From a virus (taxonomy: Duplodnaviria; Caudoviricetes): a DNA stretch of 64,000 bases. The notes under the pieces are model-generated. The model was not told the DNA's origin, searched no databases, and saw only the letters and a program-made list of their open reading frames with translations. Shown here one piece after another: positions 10,223 through 19,967 of this stretch (within the stretch, counting starts at the first letter, position 1; every line of letters starts with the position of its first letter). The stretch is from positions 4,965 through 68,964 of IMG/VR virus record IMGVR_UViG_3300012808_000024; one strand, 5' to 3'. The position numbers were made by a program, and so were the translations under genes.

Positions 10223-10609
10223 TCACAATGTCGTGTAACGAATCGTCCGGCGAGACAGTGATACGCCGTCGTTCGCTTCTGAAATCAAGTCTAGTACCGT
10301 GTCCGAAATCCATGCGTCAAGTCCTGATTTCGCCCAATCTTTAAACGTCATAGATGCGACGCTGGTAAGGGAAAATGACGCAACCCCCTGCTGCTGTAGT
10401 TTGTTCGCATCGTTGAACGCTATCGAAAGCTCGTTGCTAAACTCGTATATCGCGTTATCCGGTATCGTCAACTTCGGGTACTTATGCGTTAGGTGACGCT
10501 CTGCGACGTTTATTATTCGTTGTTTTCTCGCGGCGTCCCCGTCCAACCAGTCCTCGTTGTCGATACAATACAGCGTAATATACTCGTCAGCAGCCGAAAT
10601 CGTAAGCAT
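10223..10609 (-). CDS. Head-tail adaptor
   Basis: ADEYI..IDNEDW...K.RI.N.A..L; position after capsid gene. Confidence 0.65.
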   Translation of the reverse strand: MLTISAADEYITLYCIDNEDWLDGDAARKQRIINVAERHLTHKYPKLTIPDNAIYEFSNELSIAFNDANKLQQQGVASFSLTSVASMTFKDWAKSGLDAWISDTVLDLISEANDGVSLSRRTIRYTTL

Positions 10610-10623
10610 GTGCCATTCCCTCC

Positions 10624-10890
10624 TTATTTTGCGGAGGGTTTACGGCGTGGTTGCGGGCGTTCCGACCTATCCGGGCCTTTTTCGACCTTTTCGGGCGTTT
10701 CCGCAACTCTTAACTCCTCCGGTGCTTCTTCGGTCTTTCGGTCAACACGTTTAATCCACCGCGGCGCTAGTCCGTCCAGCACTTTAACCTCGGAGGCGTC
10801 GTCCGTCGTGTACTCTCCGAGCCAGTCAAAGCGCACGTTTTTACCGTTAATGCTTACGGAGTAGTTGGGCGCGCCTTTATATGTCGCCAA
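10624..10890 (-). CDS. Small head-associated hypothetical protein
   Basis: ORF with GGAG RBS directly after MCP; low-complexity charged C-terminus. Confidence 0.55.
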   Translation of the reverse strand: MATYKGAPNYSVSINGKNVRFDWLGEYTTDDASEVKVLDGLAPRWIKRVDRKTEEAPEELRVAETPEKVEKGPDRSERPQPRRKPSAK

Positions 10891-10921
10891 TTTTCGTCAC
10901 ACCTCCGTTGATTTATCGTTA

Positions 10922-10946
10922 AGAGGGCGGCCGAAACCGCCCCTTT
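10922..10946 (-). terminator. Hairpin/terminator after major capsid gene
   Basis: AGGGGCGG-tttcgg-CCGCCCTCTT. Confidence 0.5.
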
Positions 10947-10956
10947 CCGCCATAAC

Positions 10957-12087
10957 TTACGCAACCGACGTAGAGATGTTTTCGAGAATCGCGACTTTCT
11001 CCTTCGCGTTCTTCACCGTAATTCCGTACTCGCCGCGAATCTGACGAGCAACGAAGTCTGCGCCCGGAATGGAGGCGTCAACGTCGTACAGACCGCGGCC
11101 TTGCAGCGGGGAGAGCTTCATAATGTTGCGGTCAAACAGCGCAACCTTATTTTTCGGGAAGTTCGGATCGACTACGATTACCGCCTCGTTACCGCCGACG
11201 AAATCAGCTACGAACGTAGAAATGCGATGTCCTGTCGTTGTGTCTGTGCGCTCTGTGCGGATAGTATCCTTCGCCAATTTCGAGATTTGGCGAGCGCCCG
11301 CAGTGTTCGTCAGGATCGTATTCACGTTACCGCCGCGCAGGTACACTTCTTCCATCAAGTCGTTAATCGCCTTGGCCGATACCTCTGCGCCCGCTAGATT
11401 CGCCTTAGCTGCTCCGTTTTGTTGTGCGAAGTACAGCAGTCCGCCAGACGTGGACGGTACGTTCTTCTGCCCTTGAATACGGCGGCCGTGAATCAGCCAG
11501 TCGTTCATCTCACGCGCTAGTTCTTTCAGGCGCAACTCGACCTGATAGTTCAGCTCGTTAGTTACGTTGTGAGTGCGTACAGCCAACTGAGTACCGGACA
11601 CGGCAGCGTAACGTTCGATGATTTGCGTGTAGTTGAAGTCGGTGTAACGGTCGTGCGCTTCGTCAACGCCCGGCAGCGCGCCTTGAAGTTGCGGACGCGA
11701 TACAATACGGATTTCAGAGCCAGCGTCGATTGCTTCCGCTGTTGTACCGTCAAACCCGCGAACTACCGTAATTACATCGCCTGCGACCGCCGTCACCTGC
11801 ATGTACTCCTCGCCATGAACGACGATGGAGTTGATTCGGAACTTCTCGCCATCGCCTGCCGCTACGGTAATCGAAGTGGCGGTCTCATTAGCCGCTGTCG
11901 CTACGTTCGCGCGGTTAGAATTGAGGTTATCCGACATCCATTCGTACTTTGTCTGCGTAAGAGACTCGCCGTTCATGCCGACCAGACCGAGCAGCGTCGG
12001 CGCGTCGTCGATAATAAGCGAGATGCCTTCCGCCAGCGATCGGACTTGATCCTTGAAATCGTAAGTATACGTAAATTGTTGAGACAT
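10957..12087 (-). CDS. Major capsid protein (SU10/DUF5309-like) with inserted beta domain
   Basis: 376 aa; TKYEWMSD.L, NYTQIIERYAAVSGTQ, GEYGITVKN. Confidence 0.85.
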   Translation of the reverse strand: MSQQFTYTYDFKDQVRSLAEGISLIIDDAPTLLGLVGMNGESLTQTKYEWMSDNLNSNRANVATAANETATSITVAAGDGEKFRINSIVVHGEEYMQVTAVAGDVITVVRGFDGTTAEAIDAGSEIRIVSRPQLQGALPGVDEAHDRYTDFNYTQIIERYAAVSGTQLAVRTHNVTNELNYQVELRLKELAREMNDWLIHGRRIQGQKNVPSTSGGLLYFAQQNGAAKANLAGAEVSAKAINDLMEEVYLRGGNVNTILTNTAGARQISKLAKDTIRTERTDTTTGHRISTFVADFVGGNEAVIVVDPNFPKNKVALFDRNIMKLSPLQGRGLYDVDASIPGADFVARQIRGEYGITVKNAKEKVAILENISTSVA

Positions 12088-12156
12088 ACGTTATTTCCTC
12101 CTCGTAATTACCTGTTTTTGTATAAATAAAAAGCCCGCCGGATTCCGACAGACTTC

Positions 12157-12852
12157 TTATTTCAATCCGTTTAGTTTGTTGGACAACTCGATAACGCGGC
12201 CTAGCTGTTTAAGCTTTTTCGCTTCCTCAAGCTGAGCCTCCAGCGTTTTTCGTTCGTCTTTCGGGGGATTGCTCGGGCTGCCGATTTCTTTCGGTTTTGC
12301 CGACGGCGCTTCGACAAGGTAGGGTTTCGCGGCCACCAACGCCTCCAGCGCCTCTTTTACGCCGACTACGTTCCCGCCGTCATCTACCGTAATCCCCGAC
12401 TTATCTGCCAGCAAGAACGCATCTTCTAGCGCATCGGCCCGAATATTCGCCGCCGCAGCAAGCAGTTTAAAGTCCGCTTTGATTACGCGATCGTTTGCCG
12501 CCTTGAGCGCAGCCACTGTCTTGCCTTCCGCTTCTTCTGCCGCCTTCTTCGCCGCCTCAAGTTCCGCTTGCATTCGCTCAGCTTCGGTCATGGCCGCTTT
12601 TTTACGCTCATCTTCCACCTTTTCAAACTCCGACAGCTTCGTTTTTAACTCGTCGTAATCGCCGTATTTCTTACGCTCCTGTCCGAGACGTTTGGTGATC
12701 AGCGCGTCAAGCTCTTCCTGCGTCATCGTGACCGTTTTTGGCTCTGGCGTTGGTTCCGGCTCTGGCTCAGGCGCTGGCTCCGGGTCGGCTCCAAACGTCT
12801 GCAAGTCCAGTGCAAGCATATATCTACGGTCAGTTTCATTAGATTTCGTCAT
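12157..12852 (-). CDS. Capsid scaffolding protein (DUF4355-like)
   Basis: GGAGG RBS before ATG 12852; LDLQTFG, Pro/Glu linker, TQEELDALI..RL, coiled coil, KPYL. Confidence 0.85.
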   Translation of the reverse strand: MTKSNETDRRYMLALDLQTFGADPEPAPEPEPEPTPEPKTVTMTQEELDALITKRLGQERKKYGDYDELKTKLSEFEKVEDERKKAAMTEAERMQAELEAAKKAAEEAEGKTVAALKAANDRVIKADFKLLAAAANIRADALEDAFLLADKSGITVDDGGNVVGVKEALEALVAAKPYLVEAPSAKPKEIGSPSNPPKDERKTLEAQLEEAKKLKQLGRVIELSNKLNGLK

Positions 12853-12869
12853 GATTACGTCCTCCATAT

Positions 12870-12932
12870 CCGTTTTAGCGCCGTCGCGCATAAGTGTCCG
12901 TAGCAGTTTAACGACGTGTACGTTCGGTCGGG
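12870..12932 (-). promoter_or_regulatory. Tandem hairpin + TAAA(A)C leader before scaffold gene (putative cis-regulatory RNA)
   Basis: CGAC-N11-GTCG-TTAAAC and GCGC-GACG-GCGC-TAAAAC directly upstream of the RBS. Confidence 0.4.
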
Positions 12933-12942
12933 ATCAGGCTCG

Positions 12943-13782
12943 TTACTCGTCCGTGTCCAGATCGAGCGTCCGATTAGGATCACGTAAAGGTGTTACCGTA
13001 TGGCGGCAATTCGGGTGAAATATCTCGCGACGTGGCAGCGCGTAAAGGTACGGATAATTGCCCGGCGCGTCCATTACGAATTTGACGATCCGGCCTTCCC
13101 ACCGCGCGCAAGCGTCCGTTGCATTGTGCCGCGAAATCACTCCGTAGAAGGCCGCCCGCTGTACCGCTTCGTTTACGGTGGCCGTCCGGTGCGTCTCGGC
13201 CATCTTCGTCCGAGCAACGGTGTCAACGTAGGTTTCTGGCTTCCACCTCCGCCCTGCCGCGTCAATGATTCCAGTCTCGGCCGCCGCGCCTAAGTCTCGC
13301 CGTATACTCGTCAGGATGTCGCGACTTAGCGTTTTCCGCCCGTTAATACCGGCGGCCATGTTCGCCCGCATCGACTCGGCCGTCGCGTTACGTACCGCCG
13401 CCTTGATTCGACGATCGACGTTCTGCGTGACAGCGAGCAAGTCCGCCTGCGTGTCCGCGATAGTTGCCGCAACCATATTCGCGTTGATCCGGTTAAACTT
13501 GACAATCTTCTCGGCGGCCGCAACCGTATCGGCCACGCCGAGCGCGAGCAGCGTCGTAATAATTCCATTACGGGCTGCTTCCGGTATGTGTCCCGCGACC
13601 CAAGCCGCGGATTCTTCGTTCAACTCCGCCAGTATTTCCGACACGGCCTTGAGTGCGGCGGTCGAGTTCGCCCGACTCATGTTCGTAATGTCAAGCCGGT
13701 TTAATTCGGCCCGTATTCGTTTGATGGCGTCTTTGTAGGCGTCGACCAGGGCGGTTATCGCAGCTTCGTATTTCGGCTCCAT
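12943..13782 (-). CDS. Phage minor capsid / head morphogenesis protein
   Basis: DAAGRRWKPETYV..VART, ISRH.A.DAC..WEG, FHPNCRH. Confidence 0.85.
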   Translation of the reverse strand: MEPKYEAAITALVDAYKDAIKRIRAELNRLDITNMSRANSTAALKAVSEILAELNEESAAWVAGHIPEAARNGIITTLLALGVADTVAAAEKIVKFNRINANMVAATIADTQADLLAVTQNVDRRIKAAVRNATAESMRANMAAGINGRKTLSRDILTSIRRDLGAAAETGIIDAAGRRWKPETYVDTVARTKMAETHRTATVNEAVQRAAFYGVISRHNATDACARWEGRIVKFVMDAPGNYPYLYALPRREIFHPNCRHTVTPLRDPNRTLDLDTDE

Positions 13783-14210
13783 TACACCACCTCCGGTGCT
13801 TTAAGACGTAACAACTTACGGCGCTTGCTATACCCCACCGCTACCCATCCGGCAATTTTGAAGCAGTAGCCAGGATTTGTGCTTCGTATTTTCGTCTGAT
13901 TGACATACGTAATTATTCCGTCTGGAGGAGGACTTCCCCACTCTCGCCGCGTAACTGCGATTGCTTCGCGGACTAATTCAGACGATAGATGAGCGGATTC
14001 GTTACGAAAAATGGTACACTCCCACGCGTTCACACCGTCATCGCGAATCCCTGACCACGTAACCCACACCGCGTCATTTTCAGGTGTCTTCAAAACGAGA
14101 TTACGGCCTGGTCTTGTAAATTGCGGAGAACCGACTTTTTGGCGCGAATAGTGACGGTCAGCCAGCGCCCGACAATGTTGATCACCTTTGTTCGTCACGA
14201 TCCAGCGCAT
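13782..14210 (-). CDS. Mom-like GNAT-fold protein (putative DNA modification enzyme)
   Basis: ADRHYSR..G..QF..PG, CTIFRNES, TYV...K.RS.NPGYCF..AGW pattern resembles Mom/XF1762-type proteins; coupled overlaps at both ends. Confidence 0.5.
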   Translation of the reverse strand: MRWIVTNKGDQHCRALADRHYSRQKVGSPQFTRPGRNLVLKTPENDAVWVTWSGIRDDGVNAWECTIFRNESAHLSSELVREAIAVTRREWGSPPPDGIITYVNQTKIRSTNPGYCFKIAGWVAVGYSKRRKLLRLKAPEVV

Positions 14211-15823
14211 TAATCAACAACCTCAACGACTTCTGGCTCGCCATTAAACACACTGCCGTCTACGGTGCCGTTAACGCGCTTGTCGTCGGCCTGTATCCGC
14301 TCAAGGATTTCGGCCGCCTGTAAGTCGTCTATGCCATCCATCCGCTTGATTGCCGATGCTGCGTCAAGCGTAGCCATGTTGCCCGTCCTGATCTGATAGA
14401 CCTCCGCCTCCTCTTTCTCGTTGCGGGGAATACCGTCACGCCAGTTGATTTTTGGGTATACCGGCTCGTAAGGCGTATAGCCCGCTACGCCCTGGTTAGC
14501 GTAATTCTCCAGCTCCATTGCAGACCACAGCGCATCTCGTATAGCCTTGTCGATGTGTGTCCGAATACGCTTGACCTTGGATAATATCGGCATAAACCGA
14601 GCCTTGATCGCCGCGCCGTCCGTATGTGACGTGCCTGACCCGCCTTTGTCTGCGCCCGCTACAGTCGTGCCGAATAACCATTGCGGCGTCTCGGATTGCA
14701 TAAATACGATGGAGAGCAAAATGTCTAGCTCCTTAAATGCGCCTTCCAACTGCGATTCCCACGTCATATACCCCGGAACCACGTCATCTTTAGCTAACGG
14801 GATGTACCTTCCGCCTCCCCAACGGACTGCTGTTGTACCGTCGTCCTCGCTAATGTCATCGGGGCCGTAAGCGACCGGATCAGAGTGTTTCCACAAAATA
14901 TAGTCGATCTGCACGAGCCTGTCGTTGATGGCGGCCAAAACGGACTCGAGTTTCTCGATCATACCGGTTCCCTTCCAGTCCGTATCAATCGTCTTATACG
15001 GCGCATGGAAAACAAGCGGCCGATTAACCCCGGTTGCCACTACGTCCTCGTCCTTACCCGTAGGTACCGCTTCGTCAATTCGGAACACCGGGATCGGCAC
15101 GCCGAATTCGGTATTTACGCCAAGCTGCGTAACCTTGTACCGCTCATAGATGATAAATCCCGGTAAATGCCGCTCGACGACGAGATACGGCTTTGAGTTC
15201 GTTTTGAGTCCGGTTAACTTTGACGTAATAATAGACAGCGCGGTCGCTTCCGTTACCCATTCGACATAGGCGATATTGACCGCTTTAAACTTCTTCCGGC
15301 TGCCTCGGCTAAGCTCGGGGAACACGTAACAAGCGTCAACTGCTTCGAGGATTGCTTCGCGCTTTACGTCCGGTACAGGCAGCCCCGCCGCCTCGACTTC
15401 GGAAAAATCCTGCCGCGCCCCGTAATACGTTTTAATCCAACTGTCTCCGCGTATCCCGCTGCCCGTACCTACTTCGTGGATCATCTGAACAACGTCGTTT
15501 TCCTCGACAATCGAATTCAGCGCCTTTTGTTCGATCGAGTCGTCCGGGGTTCCGCTCTCAAACGTAGGCGGATCGCCTACCATCAAGTCTGCGGGCTTGC
15601 TTACAAGTACGTCCATTAGGTTTACGGCGATGTATAGTTTACCGAGTTGGCTCGCTACGGGCGTGTCCTTCAACAACTCCGTCGCCCGCTCGAATACCTC
15701 AAACAATTTGCCGTCATATATCGCCTCTGCTCGTTTGTACTTCGCTATCCGCTCAATATCATTTGGCGGCGGGTACTGCGCGCCCGGCTGAAACAATTTC
15801 GTTGATGTTACGATAGGGTCAAT
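14210..15823 (-). CDS. Portal protein (SPP1 gp6-like); start uncertain (ATT 15823 or TTG 15796)
   Basis: ERIAKYKR..IYDG, YIAVNL, W...LP.NEKEEA; position after terL. Track start 15979 overlaps the neighbouring gene and has no RBS. Confidence 0.9.
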   Translation of the reverse strand: MDPIVTSTKLFQPGAQYPPPNDIERIAKYKRAEAIYDGKLFEVFERATELLKDTPVASQLGKLYIAVNLMDVLVSKPADLMVGDPPTFESGTPDDSIEQKALNSIVEENDVVQMIHEVGTGSGIRGDSWIKTYYGARQDFSEVEAAGLPVPDVKREAILEAVDACYVFPELSRGSRKKFKAVNIAYVEWVTEATALSIITSKLTGLKTNSKPYLVVERHLPGFIIYERYKVTQLGVNTEFGVPIPVFRIDEAVPTGKDEDVVATGVNRPLVFHAPYKTIDTDWKGTGMIEKLESVLAAINDRLVQIDYILWKHSDPVAYGPDDISEDDGTTAVRWGGGRYIPLAKDDVVPGYMTWESQLEGAFKELDILLSIVFMQSETPQWLFGTTVAGADKGGSGTSHTDGAAIKARFMPILSKVKRIRTHIDKAIRDALWSAMELENYANQGVAGYTPYEPVYPKINWRDGIPRNEKEEAEVYQIRTGNMATLDAASAIKRMDGIDDLQAAEILERIQADDKRVNGTVDGSVFNGEPEVVEVVD

Positions 15824-16157
15824 CTTCGCTCCCTCCTTCCATCCATTTTCCGTACAATTCTGCGACCGTAACCTCTCCGTCCAGCAGCGACTTGTATTCT
15901 GCGATCCGCCGATAGCTTTCGTAATCCCGAGGCTGCCCGGCCAAGTGTCCGTTGTATTCCGACCACAACAGCATTCCAACGAGGCACTTTACGTAAGCGT
16001 CCGACTTCGGCGGTAATATTGCCAAATACTCCCGCAGCGCTCGGTTCCTGCTCGCAGAAAAAACAGCCCAGGCGTCGTAATCGAGGCTGGCCGTCTGCTT
16101 TTCATATTCCGTTTCGACGGCGCGGTAATACGCCTGCAAGTCGAAAATACTGCCCAC
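15819..16157 (-). CDS. Hypothetical protein between terL and portal
   Basis: 112-aa ORF filling the gap exactly; GGAGG present. Confidence 0.6.
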   Translation of the reverse strand: MGSIFDLQAYYRAVETEYEKQTASLDYDAWAVFSASRNRALREYLAILPPKSDAYVKCLVGMLLWSEYNGHLAGQPRDYESYRRIAEYKSLLDGEVTVAELYGKWMEGGSED

Positions 16158-16160
16158 CTC

Positions 16161-17921
16161 CTATCGGTAAAATATCGCTGGCTTGTTGCGGACTTTCTTG
16201 CGGGCCCGCGCCACGTTCTCGACCGCCTGTTGCAGCGCGTCGAGCGAGTCTACGTAATCACCGTGCGGATACTGCGCCATTTGGTCGAGCAGCATCGTAT
16301 GTGCCCGGTTAAATATCAATGTTTTGTTATGACACATCGGCTCCAGCGACTCGATACGTTCTTCCTTCGCGGATTTATGTGACTTAATATCGTTAAGGCG
16401 CGTTCTCGTTACGCCCGCCTTCCGTAAAGCTTCTTGCAGTTGTCGATAAAATTCGTGTTGCGCGTTGATTGTCTCTACGCTAAAGACGCCGTGCCGCCAT
16501 TCTCGAATCTTCTCGACGATTAAGTCGATATAGACATGCGGTTGCTCCTTCGTCGCGTACTCGTCAAGCACAAAGATGTGCCCCGTCTTCTCATAGCGGC
16601 CGACGGTCAGGACAGCGTTATAGCAGCTCCGCGCGTTCTTACCCTGCGCAATATCCCACGCTCCGCTAATCGTTAATTCATCGACCGGAATTTTCAAGTC
16701 CTCGTATCGAATGTACCGGCGGCCTTGATCGTACTCGAATCGGTAATAGCCATAAGTCTCCGGGAAGAAATACTGCTCGTCTTCCGAAAACGCCAGGTTC
16801 CGAAACTCGGAGTTGTACGCGCGCGTCCCCATGTTAAACTTTTCGTGCATCAGTGCCCGGTAAGTCCACCGCCACGGCCACGCAAGCTTTACGCCCGCTT
16901 CTAGAGCTTCCTGATTCGCCTCATAAAACGCATCGGCTTCCGCGTCTGTATCGGACCGACCGTAAATCTCTAGGTACTGGTCCCATAATTTCGGGTTAAC
17001 CGGCTCCTGGATTACCGCGCCGTGGAACGAGGACTTGAAGTCCTTACGTTTGAGTACGTGATTCAACAACCCCGTAGCCGATACCATTGTACCAACGAGA
17101 ATTATCGCCGTTGACTTTGTACCGATCGGAACCACAACGGAATTGAACCAGTGGACGAGCTTTTCTCGTGCATCCTTCGTCCCCTCGTTGTTCTGCGACG
17201 ATGGGTCGTCAACAATTACAAGGTCCGGCCGATACGAACCGTGTCTCTTACCCCGAAGCTGCTTACCGGACGACGACGCTTCAACCAGTGCGCCAGACAG
17301 CGTAATGAACGCTTCCTCGTTATCCCGCTCGTTCGCTGTGTTCCGCTCGTGCAAAAGAACGCCGAAGTCTTCACGAAGCTTGGCGTTAAATTTAAGCTGC
17401 TTATTGACCCATCCGATAAGCTTCTTCGCTAGGCCGTCCGTCTCTGATATAACCAGGACGTATCGACGCTTGCGGAAGACGACTTGGTGTAGTGGTAGCG
17501 CGTTGGAGAATACACCAGACTTCGAGTGACCTCGCGAGGCTGCGATAGCCAAGCGTGCCGAACGGTCAACGTGATCTACGTAGTCACAAAGATCGAAGAA
17601 TTCCCGGTGGATCGGCGCTATCTGATCTAACGGGTCGTGCAGCGTTCCGTCCTCAGCGTGCCGGATGATGTTATCGTCATTCTCAGGATTATTCTCGTCA
17701 GACAAGTATTCATACGTAAAATAGGCGATGTCTTCCTCCGCCCGATGGATACGTACAAGCCGTCTCAACTCATCAAGAGTTGCCCGCAGCGAATCAATAT
17801 GGTAATCCGTCGCCTTACCGGACTTGACTAGCGCTTGGAGTTTATGGCCGCGCTCCTTTACGAGCTTCATACGGGCTACCCGTTCAGATCGGCCGAGCCA
17901 CTTTCCATCAACCCACGCCAT
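16161..17921 (-). CDS. terL: Terminase large subunit
   Basis: ASRGHSKS Walker A, LVIVDD Walker B, GAWDIA, HGDYVDSLDA nuclease motifs. Confidence 0.95.
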   Translation of the reverse strand: MAWVDGKWLGRSERVARMKLVKERGHKLQALVKSGKATDYHIDSLRATLDELRRLVRIHRAEEDIAYFTYEYLSDENNPENDDNIIRHAEDGTLHDPLDQIAPIHREFFDLCDYVDHVDRSARLAIAASRGHSKSGVFSNALPLHQVVFRKRRYVLVISETDGLAKKLIGWVNKQLKFNAKLREDFGVLLHERNTANERDNEEAFITLSGALVEASSSGKQLRGKRHGSYRPDLVIVDDPSSQNNEGTKDAREKLVHWFNSVVVPIGTKSTAIILVGTMVSATGLLNHVLKRKDFKSSFHGAVIQEPVNPKLWDQYLEIYGRSDTDAEADAFYEANQEALEAGVKLAWPWRWTYRALMHEKFNMGTRAYNSEFRNLAFSEDEQYFFPETYGYYRFEYDQGRRYIRYEDLKIPVDELTISGAWDIAQGKNARSCYNAVLTVGRYEKTGHIFVLDEYATKEQPHVYIDLIVEKIREWRHGVFSVETINAQHEFYRQLQEALRKAGVTRTRLNDIKSHKSAKEERIESLEPMCHNKTLIFNRAHTMLLDQMAQYPHGDYVDSLDALQQAVENVARARKKVRNKPAIFYR

Positions 17922-18357
17922 CGGATTCACTCTCCGCTAGTAGCGCGTCTAGCTCTTTAATCTCAGCAGCCAATTCGTCATTAGTACGCGCCGCGCTGGT
18001 GTCTTTCGTTTCAACTGCGACCTGCGCCGTAATCAAGCCCTCCCGCCGCATGAATAGGTCGATAGCCTTTACGGATGGCTGCGAGCCGTCGATAAGCTGC
18101 ATCAAGCGTTTATATACGATTGGCCGTTTCGAGGTTAAGAAGTCATCCGAGATATAGTTGACGTAATCGATAAACTCCTTCTTCTGTGTGCGCCATTCGT
18201 AAAGAGTATTCCGACTGACTCCGGCCTCGGCTGCGATTTCCTCGAAACCCTTACGCTCATCTTCCGGCGCGAATTCCCGTTCTACCACAGCGAGCGCGGC
18301 GAGCTTCTGACGGCCGTCAAGTTTAGATTCGAGTTGTTTTCGTTTTGCTGCGGACAT
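17908..18357 (-). CDS. terS: Terminase small subunit (phBC6A51-type HTH)
   Basis: EEIAAEAGVSRNTLYEWR HTH, PSVKAIDLF; overlaps terL. Confidence 0.85.
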   Translation of the reverse strand: MSAAKRKQLESKLDGRQKLAALAVVEREFAPEDERKGFEEIAAEAGVSRNTLYEWRTQKKEFIDYVNYISDDFLTSKRPIVYKRLMQLIDGSQPSVKAIDLFMRREGLITAQVAVETKDTSAARTNDELAAEIKELDALLAESESDGVG

Positions 18358-18461
18358 TTTGCGTCCCCCTTCCTCTCGTTAATTTCTCGTAGATTTAGGC
18401 GTCCAAGCCTGCGAAAGCGTGCTAACATTCCCGCGCGATTTAAACGTCTAAACCCCCGTAT

Positions 18462-19112
18462 TCAGACGGCTCTATCAAGCATCGTGATCATCTTTGCCCG
18501 CTCCCGTTGGTATGCCGCTTCAAATTCGTGCGATTGCGTGAGTAATTCGTAAATATACTCAATTGAGTACCCGCTGCGCTCAACCATACTGTCAATTACA
18601 GCGCTTAGTTTATCCTCTGTAAAATCAGCGGTTCGGCTTCGGAATTCGTAGAGCGACGCCGATCCTTTCGATGTGTTACAGCTTGCGCAGACCTTTACGA
18701 GATTCCACCGGCTGTTAGGGCCACCCTGAACCATCGGAATAATGTGATCGATATGAAAAGAGCGCAGCCCATCTTCAGGGCCACGCTCCTTACCGCAGTA
18801 ACTGCAAATATCTTCCGTAAAGTAGATGTCGTATGCATCTTCCATCGTCAAGTCCGAGAATACTTCGGCTTTTGCCGCTAGGTATCGGGACGTTGTGTAA
18901 AACGGAGCGTGCGGTTTGCGTTCGCGATGCTTACGTATCCTTTGCCGGTGGTATTCTCGATCCTCGTCCGTCATATTCTCGCGAAGTTTACGCCCATAGG
19001 CCGCTAACCGCTCGCGAGATTGGGTGTTTCGGCACTTGTTACACTTGCGGTGCTTGGCGCTAAACTTAACGCCCTCACCTTCTGGCTTATTACATCCGTC
19101 GCATATCCGCAA
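18462..19112 (-). CDS. HNH endonuclease (packaging-associated position)
   Basis: CSYCG..IDHIIPMVQGG.NSRWNL..VCASCN.SKG. Confidence 0.9.
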   Translation of the reverse strand: MRICDGCNKPEGEGVKFSAKHRKCNKCRNTQSRERLAAYGRKLRENMTDEDREYHRQRIRKHRERKPHAPFYTTSRYLAAKAEVFSDLTMEDAYDIYFTEDICSYCGKERGPEDGLRSFHIDHIIPMVQGGPNSRWNLVKVCASCNTSKGSASLYEFRSRTADFTEDKLSAVIDSMVERSGYSIEYIYELLTQSHEFEAAYQRERAKMITMLDRAV

Positions 19113-19263
19113 GAAATAACCTCCCGAGATTAATAATTTGTACGCAACCTCCGAACAGCAGGCGCGCGGTTTCGCTCCCCCGCCTTGGGGGGTCGGACGC
19201 TATGCCGCGCCAAAGCGTTGATTATCCGCTCGGGTAAAGTAATATACACTTTCGATGCGTCCG

Positions 19264-19544
19264 TATGCATAAGCGATTATGCATCGAATATGCACGGACA
19301 TGTTCGCAAAAGCCGTCTTTTGACGTAAAGTAGTAAACCTTTACACCCGAGAAAAGCCCGCCAAATCAACATTTTTCAATGCGGGATAATTACCGAATAT
19401 CTCCCGAATATTCACCGGTTATGCATAATGCCGAAAACCCGCGTCATTACTGGATTTTACGGAAATGACCGCATAATTATTTCCCAGCGATTCCCCACGT
19501 TTATGCATCCGTTATTCATACGGTAATATTAGGTAATTTGCATA
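19264..19544. repeat. Cluster of TATGCAT(A)-like motifs in a 630-bp non-coding gap (candidate packaging/terminus region)
   Basis: Copies at 19264, 19278, 19289, 19409, 19420, 19502, 19513, 19537. Confidence 0.55.
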
Positions 19545-19739
19545 AAGCCGCGTGAAAGAACGTAATCTTACCGGCCGACCCCGTGAGTTTCGGCGGCCTC
19601 GTCCAACATGCGCGGTTTGCAGATGCGGGAGAACTACTCGTATTCCCCTCCCGTAGTATCCATCCGTAATCCATACGGAGCGTGCCGTTCCTTTTACGAT
19701 AAACTATCGCTTCATTAGAGACGGAAGTCTATCGGTTCC

Positions 19740-19967
19740 TTATGAGTCCGCTTCTGGTAAGGTTACGACATGTCTCGCAATCAGCCAGTACCACCCGATA
19801 TATAACGCTGGATATACGGACAATGCCGCTAGGTTCCGTAATACCTCCGCACACCCGTATCTCTTAACATTGAACACTCCGATGCTGACGTAATGAAGAA
19901 CAGCAGCGAGTACAAGCGCAATATGTACCGTGAGGAATACGGTAAGCATCGTAACAAACGTAGCCAT
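19740..19967 (-). CDS. Small two-TM membrane protein
   Basis: GGAGGTG RBS; two hydrophobic stretches. Confidence 0.65.
   Translation of the reverse strand: MATFVTMLTVFLTVHIALVLAAVLHYVSIGVFNVKRYGCAEVLRNLAALSVYPALYIGWYWLIARHVVTLPEADS

Noticed and set aside
12740-12790. Short tandem repeats GGCTC(T/C)
   Set aside because: Encode the Pro-Glu linker of the scaffold protein
3470-17831. Many + strand ORFs of 60-200 aa in the track
   Set aside because: Antisense shadows of well-supported minus-strand genes; no RBS or motifs
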